Below, in pieces: positions 49,047 through 59,882 of a DNA stretch of 64,000 nt. Each line of letters begins with the position of its first letter. Position 1 is the first letter of the stretch. Below the pieces are notes generated by a model. That model was not told the origin of the DNA and searched no databases. It saw only the letters and a program-made list of their open reading frames with translations. The DNA is from an uncultured Rhizobium sp. (lineage in GTDB: Bacteria; Pseudomonadota; Alphaproteobacteria; SMXQ01): NCBI GenBank assembly GCA_964628235.1, contig CAZVLU010000015.1, positions 150 to 64,149 on the forward strand, written 5' to 3'. Both the position numbers and the translations under genes were made by a program.

Positions 49047-51854
49047 ATGGTTAAGCGCATGCTGATCGACGCGACCCACCTCGAGGAAACTCGGGTGGTC
49101 ATCGCAAACGGGACCCGCCTCGACGAATTCGATTTCGAAAGTTCCACCAAGAAGCAGCTCAAGGGCAACATCTACCTGGCGAAAGTCACGCGGGTAGAGC
49201 CCTCGCTGCAAGCCGCCTTCGTCGATTTCGGCGGCAATCGCCACGGCTTCCTGCCGTTCAGCGAAATCCATCCCGACTACTATCAAATTCCTGCCGCAGA
49301 TCGTCAGGCGCTTCTCGAAGAGCAGCGCCGGTCCGGCGGCTTCGGCGGCGGCGACGACGCCGACTTCGGCCCCGAGCCCGACGAAGAGCTTGCGCCGCAC
49401 GAGATCGAGCAGCCCGATCACGACCATGTCGCCCATAGCGATCACGAGCCTGACCAGGGCGAGCATGACCATGACGCTGCATCCGCCGAGACGGCGCCGA
49501 CTTATGACGCCCAGCCCGCGACGGCCGAGAGCCTGAGCGCCGACAGCTTTGCCGCTGCGCCCGTCGCGGAAGAGATGCCGCCTGCGTCCGAAGCCGCGCC
49601 TGTCGGGGAATCCCCTGTCGAAGCCGCAGTCGAAAACCCGGCCCAAAGCGAAGAACAGCCTGCCCACAGCATCGCGCTCGACAATCCGCCGGCCGAGGGC
49701 GACGTCGTCGCCAGCGCCGAGATCGCGCCCGCCGATGGCGAAGCGTCCGAAGCCCCGATCGGCGAGATGAGTGGCGAACTGGTCGGCGACAACATCGCCG
49801 AAGTCGCCGACCCTGCGGCAAACAAGCCGGTTGAAGTCGTCGGCGGCGCCGACGAAGTCGAAGCCGAAGTCGAAAGCGCCGCGGCCGAGCGTCGCCGCGG
49901 CCGCAGCCGCAGCCGGCATCACTACAAGATTCAAGACGTCATCAAGCGCCGGCAGATTCTGCTGGTCCAGGTCGTCAAAGAAGAGCGCGGCAACAAAGGC
50001 GCGGCGCTGACCACCTATCTCTCGCTCGCCGGCCGCTATTGCGTGCTGATGCCCAACACCGCGCGCGGCGGCGGCATTTCGCGCAAGATCAGCAATCCGG
50101 CCGACCGCAAGCGCCTCAAGTCGCATCTCGACGAGTTGGAGATTCCCGAGGGCATGGCGGTCATCCTGCGCACGGCCGCCGTCGAGCGCAGCAAGCCCGA
50201 ACTGCGCCGCGACTACGACTATCTCGTCCGCCAGTGGGACGAAGTGCGCGAACTGACCCTCAAGTCCATCGCGCCCGCCCCGGTCTATGAGGAAGCGACG
50301 CTGATCAAGCGCTCGATCCGCGACCATTACAGCAAGGACATCGACGAGGTTCTCGTCGAGGGCGACGAAGGCTATCGCAACGCCAAAGAATTCATGCGGA
50401 TGCTGATGCCGAGCCACGCGCGCAAGGTGCAGCAGTACCGCGATCCGGAAATCCCGCTGTTCCACCGCTATCAAATCGAGACTCAGCTCGACGCGATGCA
50501 CAATCCGGTGGTGACGCTGAAGTCCGGCGGCTACATCGTCATTAACCCGACGGAAGCGCTCGTCTCGATCGACGTGAACTCGGGCCGGGCCACGCGCGAA
50601 CGCAACATCGAGGACACGGCCTACAAGACGAACCTGGAAGCGGCCGAGGAAATCGCCCGCCAGCTTCGCCTGCGCGATCTCGCCGGCCTGATCGTCATCG
50701 ACTTCATCGATATGGAAGAGTCGCGCAATCAGCACACGGTCGAAAAGCGCCTGAAGGAAGCCATGCGCGTCGATCGCGCGCGCATCCAGATCGGCAAAAT
50801 CAGCGCCTTCGGCCTGCTCGAACTGTCGCGCCAGCGCCTGCGTCCGAGCTTCCTCGAAGCTTCGACCGAGATCTGCAAGCATTGCGCCGGCAGCGGCGTG
50901 ACCCGCTCGACCGAGTCGGCCGCGCTGCATGTGATTCGCGCCGTCGAGGAAGAAGGCATCCGCCGCCGCGCCAGCGAAGTGAAGCTGACCGTGCCGACGG
51001 CGGTCGCCATCTATCTGATGAACCACAAGCGTTCGGCCATCGCCGCGCTCGAAACGCGTTACGATTTCCGCATCTTCGTCGGCACCGACGACAGCCTCAT
51101 CCAGCCCGACTTCAAGATCGATCGCCTGAAGGCGCAGACCAACCCGCCGCCGGTGCGCACCATCGAACCGATCGTGCCCGATCCTGAAGACGACCTCATC
51201 GACGAGGAACTCGAAGAGGACGAGATCGAAGAGACCGTCGAGACGCAGGACGACGGCGAAGAGCGCAAGGAGCGCAGCAGCGAGGACGGCGAACGCCGTG
51301 GCCCGCGCCGCCGTCGCCGTCGCCGGAGCGGCGAACGCGAGCCGCGCGCGCCGCAGGGCGATGTGCCTGCTGAAGGCGAGCAGACAACCTTCGTGGGCGC
51401 GGAAGTCGGCGATGCCGCTTCCGAAGATGTCGAGTCTAATGGCGAAGCCGCCGAAGGCACCGGCTCCGATAGCGCGCGTGGCGAAGATGGCGAGCGCAAG
51501 CGCCGCCGTCGCGGCAAGCGCGGCGGCCGCCGCCGCCGTCGCGATGGCGCGCCCAACGGCGAACGCGTCAATGGCGAACAGTCGAGCCCCCATGAGAACG
51601 GCGACGTCGAGCAGGCCGCGCGGACTGGCAACGGCCACGCCGAGCATAACGACGAGGCCATGCCGCAACCCGCCTCTTGGCAGCCCGAGACCACGCCTAT
51701 GGCAGCTGAACCGCGCAACGATTACGGCGCGACGACCTACGCCGCCGCTCCGCCCGCAGTTGAGCCGGCAGCGGCGCCCGCCGCCGCGCCCGAACAGCCG
51801 GAAGACCCCACCGCGCCCAAACGCAAGGGCTGGTGGCAGCGCCTCACGGAATAG
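49047..51854 (+). CDS. rne: Ribonuclease E
   Basis: N-terminal S1/catalytic domain (YLAKVTRVEPSLQAAFVDFG), then a low-complexity Arg/Glu/Pro-rich scaffold. 935 aa. Confidence 0.9.
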   Translation: MVKRMLIDATHLEETRVVIANGTRLDEFDFESSTKKQLKGNIYLAKVTRVEPSLQAAFVDFGGNRHGFLPFSEIHPDYYQIPAADRQALLEEQRRSGGFGGGDDADFGPEPDEELAPHEIEQPDHDHVAHSDHEPDQGEHDHDAASAETAPTYDAQPATAESLSADSFAAAPVAEEMPPASEAAPVGESPVEAAVENPAQSEEQPAHSIALDNPPAEGDVVASAEIAPADGEASEAPIGEMSGELVGDNIAEVADPAANKPVEVVGGADEVEAEVESAAAERRRGRSRSRHHYKIQDVIKRRQILLVQVVKEERGNKGAALTTYLSLAGRYCVLMPNTARGGGISRKISNPADRKRLKSHLDELEIPEGMAVILRTAAVERSKPELRRDYDYLVRQWDEVRELTLKSIAPAPVYEEATLIKRSIRDHYSKDIDEVLVEGDEGYRNAKEFMRMLMPSHARKVQQYRDPEIPLFHRYQIETQLDAMHNPVVTLKSGGYIVINPTEALVSIDVNSGRATRERNIEDTAYKTNLEAAEEIARQLRLRDLAGLIVIDFIDMEESRNQHTVEKRLKEAMRVDRARIQIGKISAFGLLELSRQRLRPSFLEASTEICKHCAGSGVTRSTESAALHVIRAVEEEGIRRRASEVKLTVPTAVAIYLMNHKRSAIAALETRYDFRIFVGTDDSLIQPDFKIDRLKAQTNPPPVRTIEPIVPDPEDDLIDEELEEDEIEETVETQDDGEERKERSSEDGERRGPRRRRRRRSGEREPRAPQGDVPAEGEQTTFVGAEVGDAASEDVESNGEAAEGTGSDSARGEDGERKRRRRGKRGGRRRRRDGAPNGERVNGEQSSPHENGDVEQAARTGNGHAEHNDEAMPQPASWQPETTPMAAEPRNDYGATTYAAAPPAVEPAAAPAAAPEQPEDPTAPKRKGWWQRLTE

Positions 51855-51873
51855 GCCGCCTGCCGATAAAGAC

Positions 51874-51908
51874 AAAAAGCCGCGCATCACAACATGCGCG
51901 GCTTTTTC
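51874..51908. terminator. Bidirectional rho-independent terminator (AAAAAGCCGCGCAT-CACAAC-ATGCGCGGCTTTTT) between convergent rne and an aminotransferase gene
   Basis: Read from the sequence. 9-bp GC stem with flanking A- and T-tracts. Confidence 0.6.
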
Positions 51909-51936
51909 TTTAAGGGCGTTGTTTAAGCCAGGGCCG

Positions 51937-53088
51937 CTAAGGCTTGAGCCAGGCTTTCAGCCGGCGCGCCACCTCATGCATCTCGTCTTCGCTTCCTGCG
52001 AAACAAAACCGCACGAAGCGCTCGCCGCGCGGCTCGTCGAAATCGACGCCCGGCGTCGCGGCGATTCCGGTCTCGGCCAGCATCTTGGCGCAAAAGGCGC
52101 TGCTGCTCGGCGTCAGCGCGCTCACGTCGGCGTAGAGATAAAAGGCGCCGTCGGCCGGCGCGAGACGATCAATCCCGGCAGCGGCAAGGCCCGCCATCAG
52201 GATGGCGCGGTTGCGGCTGTAGCGCGCGACATTGGCCTGCAATTCCGCATGTCCATCGAAGGCGGCGATGGCCGCGACCTGCGCCAAGGTCGGCGGCGAA
52301 ATGAACAGATTTTGCGCCAGACATTCGACGGCGCGCGCCAGATCGGGCGGCACGATCATCCAGCCGAGCCGCCAGCCGGTCATGGAAAAATATTTCGAGA
52401 AGCTGTTGATGACGATTGCCTCGTCGTCGAAGGCCAGCGCGGTCTTGGCCGGGGCGTCATAAGCGATGCCGTGATAAATCTCGTCGGAGATCAACCGCAC
52501 GCCGTTCGTCCGGCACCAGGCGGCGACATCCGACAGCGCTTGCGGCGTCATCATGCTGCCGGTGGGGTTGGCTGGCGAGGCGACGATCAAACCGGCGAGC
52601 GGCGCCAGCACATGAGCGGCCTGCAATAGCGCCGGCGTCGGCTGAAAGGCATCCTCCAGCGTCGATGGCAACCCGACAGGCGCGACATCGACAGCGCGCA
52701 GGATGTTGCGATAGGCGGGATAACCCGGCTCAGCAAGCGCCACGCGGTCGCCAGCATCGAAGGCGGCAAGAAAGGCGAGCAGAAATGCGCCGGACGAGCC
52801 CGTGGTGACGACGACGCGCGCAGAATCGACGGCGACGCCGTAGCTCTCCTGATAATGGCGGGCGATGCGGGCGCGCAAGTCCGGCAACCCCAGCGCTTCG
52901 GTATAGCCGAGGCGGTCTTGGACGAGCGCCGCTTGCGCGGCGGCGATCACCGTTTTGGGGGCGCCCGTCGAGGGCTGGCCGACTTCGAGATGGATGACGT
53001 CGCCGCCTGCCGCCGCGCGGGCGTGAGCGGCGCGCATCACCTCCATGACGATGAACGGCGAGATCCGTCCGCGGCCAGATACTTTCAT
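51937..53088 (-). CDS. PLP-dependent aminotransferase, class I/II (aspartate aminotransferase family)
   Basis: 383 aa with the SFSKYFSMTGWRLG PLP-lysine motif. Confidence 0.85.
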   Translation of the reverse strand: MKVSGRGRISPFIVMEVMRAAHARAAAGGDVIHLEVGQPSTGAPKTVIAAAQAALVQDRLGYTEALGLPDLRARIARHYQESYGVAVDSARVVVTTGSSGAFLLAFLAAFDAGDRVALAEPGYPAYRNILRAVDVAPVGLPSTLEDAFQPTPALLQAAHVLAPLAGLIVASPANPTGSMMTPQALSDVAAWCRTNGVRLISDEIYHGIAYDAPAKTALAFDDEAIVINSFSKYFSMTGWRLGWMIVPPDLARAVECLAQNLFISPPTLAQVAAIAAFDGHAELQANVARYSRNRAILMAGLAAAGIDRLAPADGAFYLYADVSALTPSSSAFCAKMLAETGIAATPGVDFDEPRGERFVRFCFAGSEDEMHEVARRLKAWLKP

Positions 53089-53138
53089 GACGAGACTTTA
53101 AGGGTCACAAAACGGCTTTCATCAGCTCCCTTGGTGCC

Positions 53139-54614
53139 TCAGCGCGTCGAGAGGCCGAAGCCGCGCCGGTCGCTTTCGACGGTGCAGAGATCGACCGGCT
53201 TCTCGGCGCCCGGCGAAACCAGGCCCTCCGGGCAATGGAAGGCGTTGACCATCGCCAGCGGGATTTGCGGCTCGACGGCGACGCGACCGGCCGATATCCA
53301 ATGGCTGCGCGGCGCGGCCACAGCGGCCGCCAGCGGCTTGCCCTCGCCCATCGCTTCGAGCGCGACTTGAACCTCCGCAGCCGGCGTCGGCGCGCCGCCC
53401 GACCCGGCGGCGGCGAAGAACATTTTGTTGACGCGCGGATTGATGGTCAGCATCGGCGCGACGGCGAGCGCCTCGCCGCCCGTCGCCGGCGCGGCGATGA
53501 CGATGCCGCTGTCGCCCGCCAGCTTGGCGGCGCCGAACAAGCGCCCCATGGTGAAGGCGCAAGCCACCGTGTTGCTGTCCTGATCGGCGATGACGAAACT
53601 GGCGCCGGCCTGCGCCGCGCCGAGCGGCAGTTCGCTCACGCCCGAGACCGATTGCGCCACCGCCTTGGCTTGCGTCTCCGCGACCAATGCCGGACGCGCC
53701 GCTGCGGCCGTGCGGCGATATTGCCCTTCGACGGCGAGCGCCTGCCACATGCGCGACGCGACCATGCCGCCCGGCGTCGGCGCAAAATGGCTGTCGAGCA
53801 AATCGACGCTCACCTTGATCGTTTCGCGAAATTGCGGCGCATAGCGGCGCATCGTCTCGGCGTTCAGATCGATGCCCGCAGCCTGCGCGCCCTCGACATA
53901 AGCTTGCAGGAAATTGCCGCCGTAAAACTCGCCCGGCGAACGGCGCAGCAAGCCGAGGGTCGCCGCCAGATCGAGCTGGCTCATGCGCTCGCCTTCCGAA
54001 GGCAGCCGTCCGTTCGTGCCGACATAGAGCCGCGCGAGATTCGGGTTGTCGGCCAGAACGGCGCTGGCCGCCGCAAGGTCGCGGGCGAAGCCGCGCGATA
54101 CCGTAAAGCCGAAGCGCGCCAAATTCTCAGCCGGCGCGACCATCTGCTCCCAGCGCAAGCGGCCGTATTTGGCATGCAAGGCATACATGCCGCGCGGCGA
54201 GCCGGGCACGCCCGGCGGCGCGGTGAAATCGAGCGCTTCAACGCTCTTGGCCTTTTCGTTAAACAGCACGCATTGGCCGCTGCTGCCGAGGCCGGCGACC
54301 GACGGACGGGTGACGGCCATCGTGAAGAACACGGCGACCGCCGCGTCCATCGCGTTGCCGCCGGCTGACAACACATCGCGTCCGACCAAGGCCGCGCGGG
54401 GCTCGTCCGCCGCCACGCCGCCGATAAAGCCGGGAACGAAGCCCAACTCGCCTTCCTTGGGTTTCGCCGCGTTGCTGCAAGCGCCGAGGCCGATTGCGGC
54501 AATTAGAAGGCAACTCAACGCGGTCCAACCTGTCCCTGCGGCCGATTGACGGCGCGGGGCGGCGTACCTACCTTGAGGGGGAAGCTCTGGAGCCAAATGC
54601 GTGCGGAAGTTCAT
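53139..54614 (-). CDS. Gamma-glutamyltransferase-family lipoprotein
   Basis: About 490 aa from the ATG at 54614. Lipobox (LGACS). GGT-family resemblance throughout. Start uncertain. Confidence 0.75.
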   Translation of the reverse strand: MNFRTHLAPELPPQGRYAAPRRQSAAGTGWTALSCLLIAAIGLGACSNAAKPKEGELGFVPGFIGGVAADEPRAALVGRDVLSAGGNAMDAAVAVFFTMAVTRPSVAGLGSSGQCVLFNEKAKSVEALDFTAPPGVPGSPRGMYALHAKYGRLRWEQMVAPAENLARFGFTVSRGFARDLAAASAVLADNPNLARLYVGTNGRLPSEGERMSQLDLAATLGLLRRSPGEFYGGNFLQAYVEGAQAAGIDLNAETMRRYAPQFRETIKVSVDLLDSHFAPTPGGMVASRMWQALAVEGQYRRTAAAARPALVAETQAKAVAQSVSGVSELPLGAAQAGASFVIADQDSNTVACAFTMGRLFGAAKLAGDSGIVIAAPATGGEALAVAPMLTINPRVNKMFFAAAGSGGAPTPAAEVQVALEAMGEGKPLAAAVAAPRSHWISAGRVAVEPQIPLAMVNAFHCPEGLVSPGAEKPVDLCTVESDRRGFGLSTR

Positions 54615-56010
54615 CAAATCCCTTTGCGCCGGTCTGACCGCCGGTTCGGTCGCCTTGACGCCGCTCGGCCTGAATTGGAACGGGCTGCGCTCCGGCGGGC
54701 TGCCCTTGATCGAAGCGACCTCGGGCGCCGCCCAAGCGGCCTCGGCCCCGCGCTTGATCCGCGACGCCGAAATCGAAAATACCATCCGAACCTGGGCCTC
54801 GCCAGTGCTGGAAGCAGCGGGCCTGAACGCCGCTGACGTCGACATCTATCTGATCAACGATTCGTCGATCAACGCCTTCGTCGCCGGCGGCATGAATCTG
54901 TTTCTCCATACCGGCCTCTTGATGCGCAGCAAGACGCCCAATCAGGTGATCGGCGTGATCGCCCACGAAACCGGCCATATCTCCGGCGGCCATCTCGCGC
55001 GCCTGCAAGATCGCATGAAAGATGCCTCGATCACCGCGATTCTCGCCATGATCGTCGGCGCGGGCGCGGCAGTGGCCGGCGCCGGCGGCGCGGGCATCGG
55101 CGTGATGGCCGGCGGCATGGGCCTCGCGCAAGGCAGCCTCCTCGCCTTCAGCCGCACGCAAGAAGCCTCCGCCGACCAGGCCGGCATGCGCTTTCTCGAT
55201 GAAACCGGCCAGTCGGCCCGCGGCATGGGCGAGTTCTTCCACATTCTGTCCGGCCAAGAGATGCTCAATTCGAGCCAGCAAGACCCCTACGTGCGCACCC
55301 ACCCGCTGACCCGCGACCGTATCGAGGCGGTCGGCGCCCAGGTCGCCAAGTCGAAATTCTCGAACGCGCCCGACAAACCCGAATTCGTCGAGATGCACAG
55401 GCGGATGATCGCCAAGCTCTCGGGCTTCATCTTGTCGCCGCCGACCACCCTGTCGCGCTTCAAGGAAGACGACAAAAGCGTGGCCGCGCGCTATGCCCGC
55501 GCCATCGCCTATTACCGCCTGCCTGACATGAACAGAGCGCTGCCGCTGATCGACGCCCTGCTCGCCGAAGAGCCGAACAACGCCTATTTCTACGAATTGA
55601 AAGGGCAAATGCTGTTCGAAAACGGCCGCGGCTCGGAAGCCCTTGCGCCCTTCGAGAAAGCCGTCGCATTGATGCCCAACGAGGCGACGTTGCGTGTCCT
55701 CCTCGCCCAGGCGATGATCGAGCGCAACGATCCGGCGCTCATCAAGGACGCGATCAACCATCTGCGCCGCGCCACCCAGCGCGAGCCGCTCAACGCCTTC
55801 GCTTGGTCGCAGCTCGCCATCGCCTACGGTCGCGACGACCAACTCGGCATGAGCGCCTTATCCTCGGCTGAAGCGGCCTTGTCGCGCGGCAACAAGCGCG
55901 AAGCCCGCCTGCAAGCCGCGCGCGCGGAAAAGCTGCTGCCGCGCGGCTCGCCCGGCTGGATCCGCCTGCAGGACATTCAAGCCGCCGCCCGCAAGGATGA
56001 TGACCAATAG
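54601..56010 (+). CDS. M48-family metallopeptidase with C-terminal TPR region (BepA/YfgC-like)
   Basis: HExxH zinc motif (IAHETGHISGGH), INAFVAGGMNLFLHTGLL as in BepA, and C-terminal TPR-like repeats. GTG start at 54601 is uncertain. Confidence 0.8.
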   Translation: MRKFIKSLCAGLTAGSVALTPLGLNWNGLRSGGLPLIEATSGAAQAASAPRLIRDAEIENTIRTWASPVLEAAGLNAADVDIYLINDSSINAFVAGGMNLFLHTGLLMRSKTPNQVIGVIAHETGHISGGHLARLQDRMKDASITAILAMIVGAGAAVAGAGGAGIGVMAGGMGLAQGSLLAFSRTQEASADQAGMRFLDETGQSARGMGEFFHILSGQEMLNSSQQDPYVRTHPLTRDRIEAVGAQVAKSKFSNAPDKPEFVEMHRRMIAKLSGFILSPPTTLSRFKEDDKSVAARYARAIAYYRLPDMNRALPLIDALLAEEPNNAYFYELKGQMLFENGRGSEALAPFEKAVALMPNEATLRVLLAQAMIERNDPALIKDAINHLRRATQREPLNAFAWSQLAIAYGRDDQLGMSALSSAEAALSRGNKREARLQAARAEKLLPRGSPGWIRLQDIQAAARKDDDQ

Positions 56011-56658
56011 TTAAACGGCGTCGGGCTGCTTGCTCGGATGAGCGGCGGCGAAGGCCGGCAGTTTTTCGCAGGCCTCGCAAATCCGCATGATCGTCGGATA
56101 ATCGCCGAGCGGGCAGTCGAAGCGCTTGGCGTTGAACAACTGCGGCACCAAGCAAATGTCGGCGATGGTCGGCATGTCGCCCTGGCAATAGATGCCGGTC
56201 TCCGCGCTGCCCGCCAGCATCGGCTCCAACGCGTCGAAACCGAGTTTCACCCAATGACGATACCAGGCGAGCTTGGCGTCTTCCGACGCGCCGAGCGTGC
56301 CCGTCAGATAATTGAGCACGCGCAGATTGTTCAGCGGATGCATCTCGCAGGCGATCATCAGCGCCAAGCCGCGCACCCGCGCGCGCGCCGCGGCCCCCTT
56401 GGGCAGGATCGGCGGTGTCGGATGGGTCTCTTCAAGATATTCGAGAATGGCGAGCGACTGCACGAGGACCTTGCCGTCGTCTTCGAGCACCGGAACAAGC
56501 AACTGCGGGTTGAGCTTGCCGAACGCCGGCTGGAATTGATCGCCGCCGCCGGGGCGCGAGATATGCACGTATGCCTGTTCGGCCGCGATGCCCTTGAGCG
56601 CCAGCGCGATGCGCAGCCGATAACTGGCCGACGACCGGAAAAACCCGTGCAGCTTCAT
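56011..56658 (-). CDS. maiA: Maleylacetoacetate isomerase (glutathione S-transferase zeta)
   Basis: N-terminal SSASYRLRIAL motif characteristic of zeta-class GST/MAAI. 215 aa. Confidence 0.85.
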   Translation of the reverse strand: MKLHGFFRSSASYRLRIALALKGIAAEQAYVHISRPGGGDQFQPAFGKLNPQLLVPVLEDDGKVLVQSLAILEYLEETHPTPPILPKGAAARARVRGLALMIACEMHPLNNLRVLNYLTGTLGASEDAKLAWYRHWVKLGFDALEPMLAGSAETGIYCQGDMPTIADICLVPQLFNAKRFDCPLGDYPTIMRICEACEKLPAFAAAHPSKQPDAV

Positions 56659-56677
56659 CCCTGTGATTCCTTATTTT

Positions 56678-57676
56678 TTAGATCAAGCCGGCCAGCGGCG
56701 ATGACGGATCGGCGTAGAGCTTCTTGGGCATGCGCCCCGCCAAATAGGCCAAACGGCCCGCTTCGATGGCGAGCTTCATCGCGCGCGCCATCTTGATCGG
56801 GTCTTTCGCTTCGGCGATGGCGGTGTTCATCAGCACGCCGTCGCAACCGAGCTCCATGGCGATGGCGGCGTCCGACGCGGTGCCGACGCCGGCATCGACC
56901 AGCACCGGCACTTTCGCCTGTTCGATGATGAGGCGGATGCCGACCGGGTTCTGCACGCCGAGGCCGGAGCCGATGGGCGCCGCCAGCGGCATGATGGCGA
57001 CGCAGCCCATCTCTTCGAGGCGCTTGGCCTGGATCGGATCGTCGGCGCAATAGACCATCACCTTGAAGCCCTCTTTGACGAGGATTTCAGCGGCGCGCAC
57101 GGTCTCCGGCATGTTGGGATAGAGCGTCTTGTGGTCGCCCAGCACTTCGAGCTTCACCAAGTCCCAACCGCCCGCCTCGCGCGCCAAGCGCAGCGTGCGC
57201 ACCGCCTCGTCCGCCGTGTAGCAGCCGGCGGTGTTGGGCAAGTAGGTGTAATCCTTGGGACTGACGTAATCGACCAGCATCGGCTTGCCCGGATCGCTGA
57301 CGTTGACGCGGCGCACCGCGACGGTGACGATCTCGGCGCCCGACGCTTTGATCGCGCGCGCCGTCTCCTCGAAGTCCTTGTACTTGCCGGTGCCGACCAG
57401 CAATCGCGAGCTGTAGCGCTTGCCGGCGACGGTGAAGCCGTCATCAGCGGCCGCAGATGCGCCATCCGGCGCGCCGCCGCCGATGAAATGCACGATCTCC
57501 AATTTGTCGCCGTCGCCGACCTCGGTCGCGCCATAGGCCGAGCGCGGCACGATCTCGAGGTTCAACTCGACCGCGACCTTGCGCGTGTCGAGACCGAGGC
57601 CGTCGAGCAAGGCTTGAACGCTTTGCGGCGCCGCAAGGGGTCGGGCTTCGCCGTTGATGGTGACTTGCATGGGCAT
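56678..57676 (-). CDS. thiG: ThiS-ThiG in-frame fusion (sulfur-carrier protein fused to thiazole synthase)
   Basis: Residues 1-66 are a ThiS domain ending ...IVHFIGGG. It is followed, without a stop codon, by ThiG ([15 protein letters not shown] ... aldolase-type TIM barrel). Confidence 0.8.
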   Translation of the reverse strand: MPMQVTINGEARPLAAPQSVQALLDGLGLDTRKVAVELNLEIVPRSAYGATEVGDGDKLEIVHFIGGGAPDGASAAADDGFTVAGKRYSSRLLVGTGKYKDFEETARAIKASGAEIVTVAVRRVNVSDPGKPMLVDYVSPKDYTYLPNTAGCYTADEAVRTLRLAREAGGWDLVKLEVLGDHKTLYPNMPETVRAAEILVKEGFKVMVYCADDPIQAKRLEEMGCVAIMPLAAPIGSGLGVQNPVGIRLIIEQAKVPVLVDAGVGTASDAAIAMELGCDGVLMNTAIAEAKDPIKMARAMKLAIEAGRLAYLAGRMPKKLYADPSSPLAGLI

Positions 57677-57858
57677 CCCTGAACTGGAGAGCGGCGGCGG
57701 GGAAGCTCCGCCGCGACGCATTTTGCAGGGATTATGGCCGATTCGCGCCCCCATTCAAGGCTGGGGGCCGTCCCTCGGCCTTAAGGCTGGGGACAAGCGG
57801 CGGAAAGCGCCGGTTTTCGGAACCAGGGCATGGCGGAACGAGACATCCGCCAGATCGG

Positions 57859-58254
57859 CTAGCCCGCCAAACTATGCAAGGCGTACATGATGCCCATGCC
57901 GACGATGACGATGGCGCCGAGCGTCAGGCAGGCCATGATCATCATCTTCGTGAAGCTGGCTTTGGGCTTCTTGGGCGGGACCTTGCGCGGCGGCGCGGCG
58001 ATGGTCGAGGGCGCTTTGCGGCGCTCGGCCGTTTCGGTATTGATGCGGTCGACCTTGGTCGAGCGGTAGACGGTGCGCGTGTTGCCCTTGTCGGTCTGCT
58101 CGTCGAAGCTTTCCTCGACGACGCGAATCGCCGAATAGCGGCCCGAGCGCTCCATGCGCTGCGCCTCGTTGACGGCAAGATCCTTGTCGTCGAACACCGA
58201 GTCGATCTTCCACACGCCTTCGCGGAAGGTGTGAATTTCAAACACGACCATCAT
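57859..58254 (-). CDS. Hypothetical protein with C-terminal TM helix (131 aa)
   Basis: Coding-like composition, Lys/Pro-rich linker, C-terminal hydrophobic helix. No family recognised. Confidence 0.45.
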   Translation of the reverse strand: MMVVFEIHTFREGVWKIDSVFDDKDLAVNEAQRMERSGRYSAIRVVEESFDEQTDKGNTRTVYRSTKVDRINTETAERRKAPSTIAAPPRKVPPKKPKASFTKMMIMACLTLGAIVIVGMGIMYALHSLAG

Positions 58255-58814
58255 GGCTGCGGGTTCTCGATCACTTCGTCATGGCCGAGGATGCGGCAGT
58301 TGGCGCCGCCGAGCACGACGCTGACGGTCTTGCCGTCGGCGCTCAGCGGCAGCAGGATGCTGCGGTAAAGCAAGCCGCGCCCTTGCTTGTCGACGAACTG
58401 GCTGCCGTAAGTCACCGGCACGCCCTTGGCGAGCACGTCCTGCACGAACGAGGCCGAACGGCCGATCAGCGTGTCCTTATCGACTTCGGCGACGGTCAGG
58501 CCGGTCGGGTCGCCGCCATACATCTCCTTGTGATACTCGCCGACATAGCTGAGCCGCGCCGCGCCGGTCGGCTGGTCGATCATGAAGCAGAAGGTCCACA
58601 TGTCGGGTATCGCCGCCGGATCGACCGATTCAGGCTGCGGCCAATCGCCGTCGCCTGCCATTTGCCGCCAATAATCGAGCAGCCGCAGCACAAGGCGTCG
58701 TTCGCGCGGATGAGGCTCGGTCACGGGGGGACTCCCAATTGAGGACAATTCTACCCAAATCAAATAGGGTAAAATGGTTAACGGGTTGTAAAACCCCCCG
58801 GTTACGCCGTCCAT
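58251..58814 (-). CDS. Small PAS-like domain protein (start uncertain; ORF extends in frame to 58967)
   Basis: Resembles a conserved alphaproteobacterial single-PAS-domain family (LLDYWRQ...[16 protein letters not shown]). Confidence 0.45.
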   Translation of the reverse strand: MDGVTGGFYNPLTILPYLIWVELSSIGSPPVTEPHPRERRLVLRLLDYWRQMAGDGDWPQPESVDPAAIPDMWTFCFMIDQPTGAARLSYVGEYHKEMYGGDPTGLTVAEVDKDTLIGRSASFVQDVLAKGVPVTYGSQFVDKQGRGLLYRSILLPLSADGKTVSVVLGGANCRILGHDEVIENPQP

Positions 58815-58926
58815 ACCCCTTGCCCGATCAGGCACTTGTCCAAGGCTTTTGCCATTGGCCGGTTGCGCCCCGGAAAGGCATGGGATAAAGGTCGGCCAAC
58901 CGCCCGTCGAAGGAATTTCGCCGCTC

Positions 58927-59433
58927 ATGCCACAATCCGTGCTGGTCCTCAACGGCCCCAACCTCAACCTGTTGGGGAGCCGCGAGCCCGAGATTTACGG
59001 GCGCGAGACCTTGGCCGACATCGCCGCGCTGTGCAAAGACGCCGGGAAGCGGCTCGGGCTAGCCATCGATTTCCGCCAAAGCAACGCCGAGGCCGAATTG
59101 GTCGGCTGGATTCAGGAGGCGCGCGGCAAGAAAGCCGGCATCCTGATCAACGCTGGCGCTCTCACCCACACCTCCGTCTCGCTGCTCGACGCCCTGCTGG
59201 CGAGCGAGCTGCCGGTGATCGAGGTGCATCTGTCCAATCTCTTCCGCCGCGAAGAGTTTCGCCATCATTCCTATATCTCGCGCGCCGCGCGCGGGATGAT
59301 CTGCGGCCTCGGCTCGCAGGGCTACGTGCTGGCCCTCGAAGCGATGGCGCGCATCGTCGGCGAGGCCAAGCCCGCCGCTGCTAAAACAGACATGACACCT
59401 AAAAACGCCCCGAAGGCCAAGAGGACGAAGTGA
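58927..59433 (+). CDS. aroQ: 3-dehydroquinate dehydratase, type II
   Basis: [22 protein letters not shown]-terminus, a diagnostic type II DHQase motif. Conserved aroQ-accB-accC order. Confidence 0.9.
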   Translation: MPQSVLVLNGPNLNLLGSREPEIYGRETLADIAALCKDAGKRLGLAIDFRQSNAEAELVGWIQEARGKKAGILINAGALTHTSVSLLDALLASELPVIEVHLSNLFRREEFRHHSYISRAARGMICGLGSQGYVLALEAMARIVGEAKPAAAKTDMTPKNAPKAKRTK

Positions 59434-59882
59434 TGGCGAAGCCCAACGTCGAGGAAGAACTGGTCCGCAAGCTGGCCAAGCTGCTCGAAGAGACCGGACT
59501 GACCGAAATCGAAGTTGCTGACGGCAGCTGGAAAGTGCGCGTGTCGAAAGCCACGACTGCCGCCGCGATGATGCCGGCGCCCGTCGCCGGCGCGCTCGTA
59601 ACGAGCGCCGCCACGGCCCCCGCCGCGCCGGAAGACGTCTCGCGCCATCCGGGCGCTGTGACCTCGCCGATGGTCGGCACGGTCTATGTCGCCGCCGAAC
59701 CGAACGCGCCCGCCTTCGTCAAGGTCGGCGACCGCGTCACCCAGGGCCAGACTCTGCTGCTCATCGAAGCGATGAAGACGATGAACCCGATCCGCGCCCC
59801 GAAGGCCGGCAAGATCAGCCAAATCCTCGTCGGCAACGCCGCGCCGGTCGAGTACGGCGAAGTTCTGTTGATCATCGAGTGA
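59433..59882 (+). CDS. accB: Acetyl-CoA carboxylase biotin carboxyl carrier protein
   Basis: C-terminal biotinyl domain with the EAMKTMN motif. Ala/Pro-rich linker. Confidence 0.9.
   Translation: MAKPNVEEELVRKLAKLLEETGLTEIEVADGSWKVRVSKATTAAAMMPAPVAGALVTSAATAPAAPEDVSRHPGAVTSPMVGTVYVAAEPNAPAFVKVGDRVTQGQTLLLIEAMKTMNPIRAPKAGKISQILVGNAAPVEYGEVLLIIE

Noticed and set aside
57677-57858. TPP riboswitch upstream of thiS-thiG
   Set aside because: No CUGAGA / ACCUGAUCUGGAUAAUGCCAGCG-type conserved elements in either orientation. thiSG may be transcribed with the upstream small gene instead.
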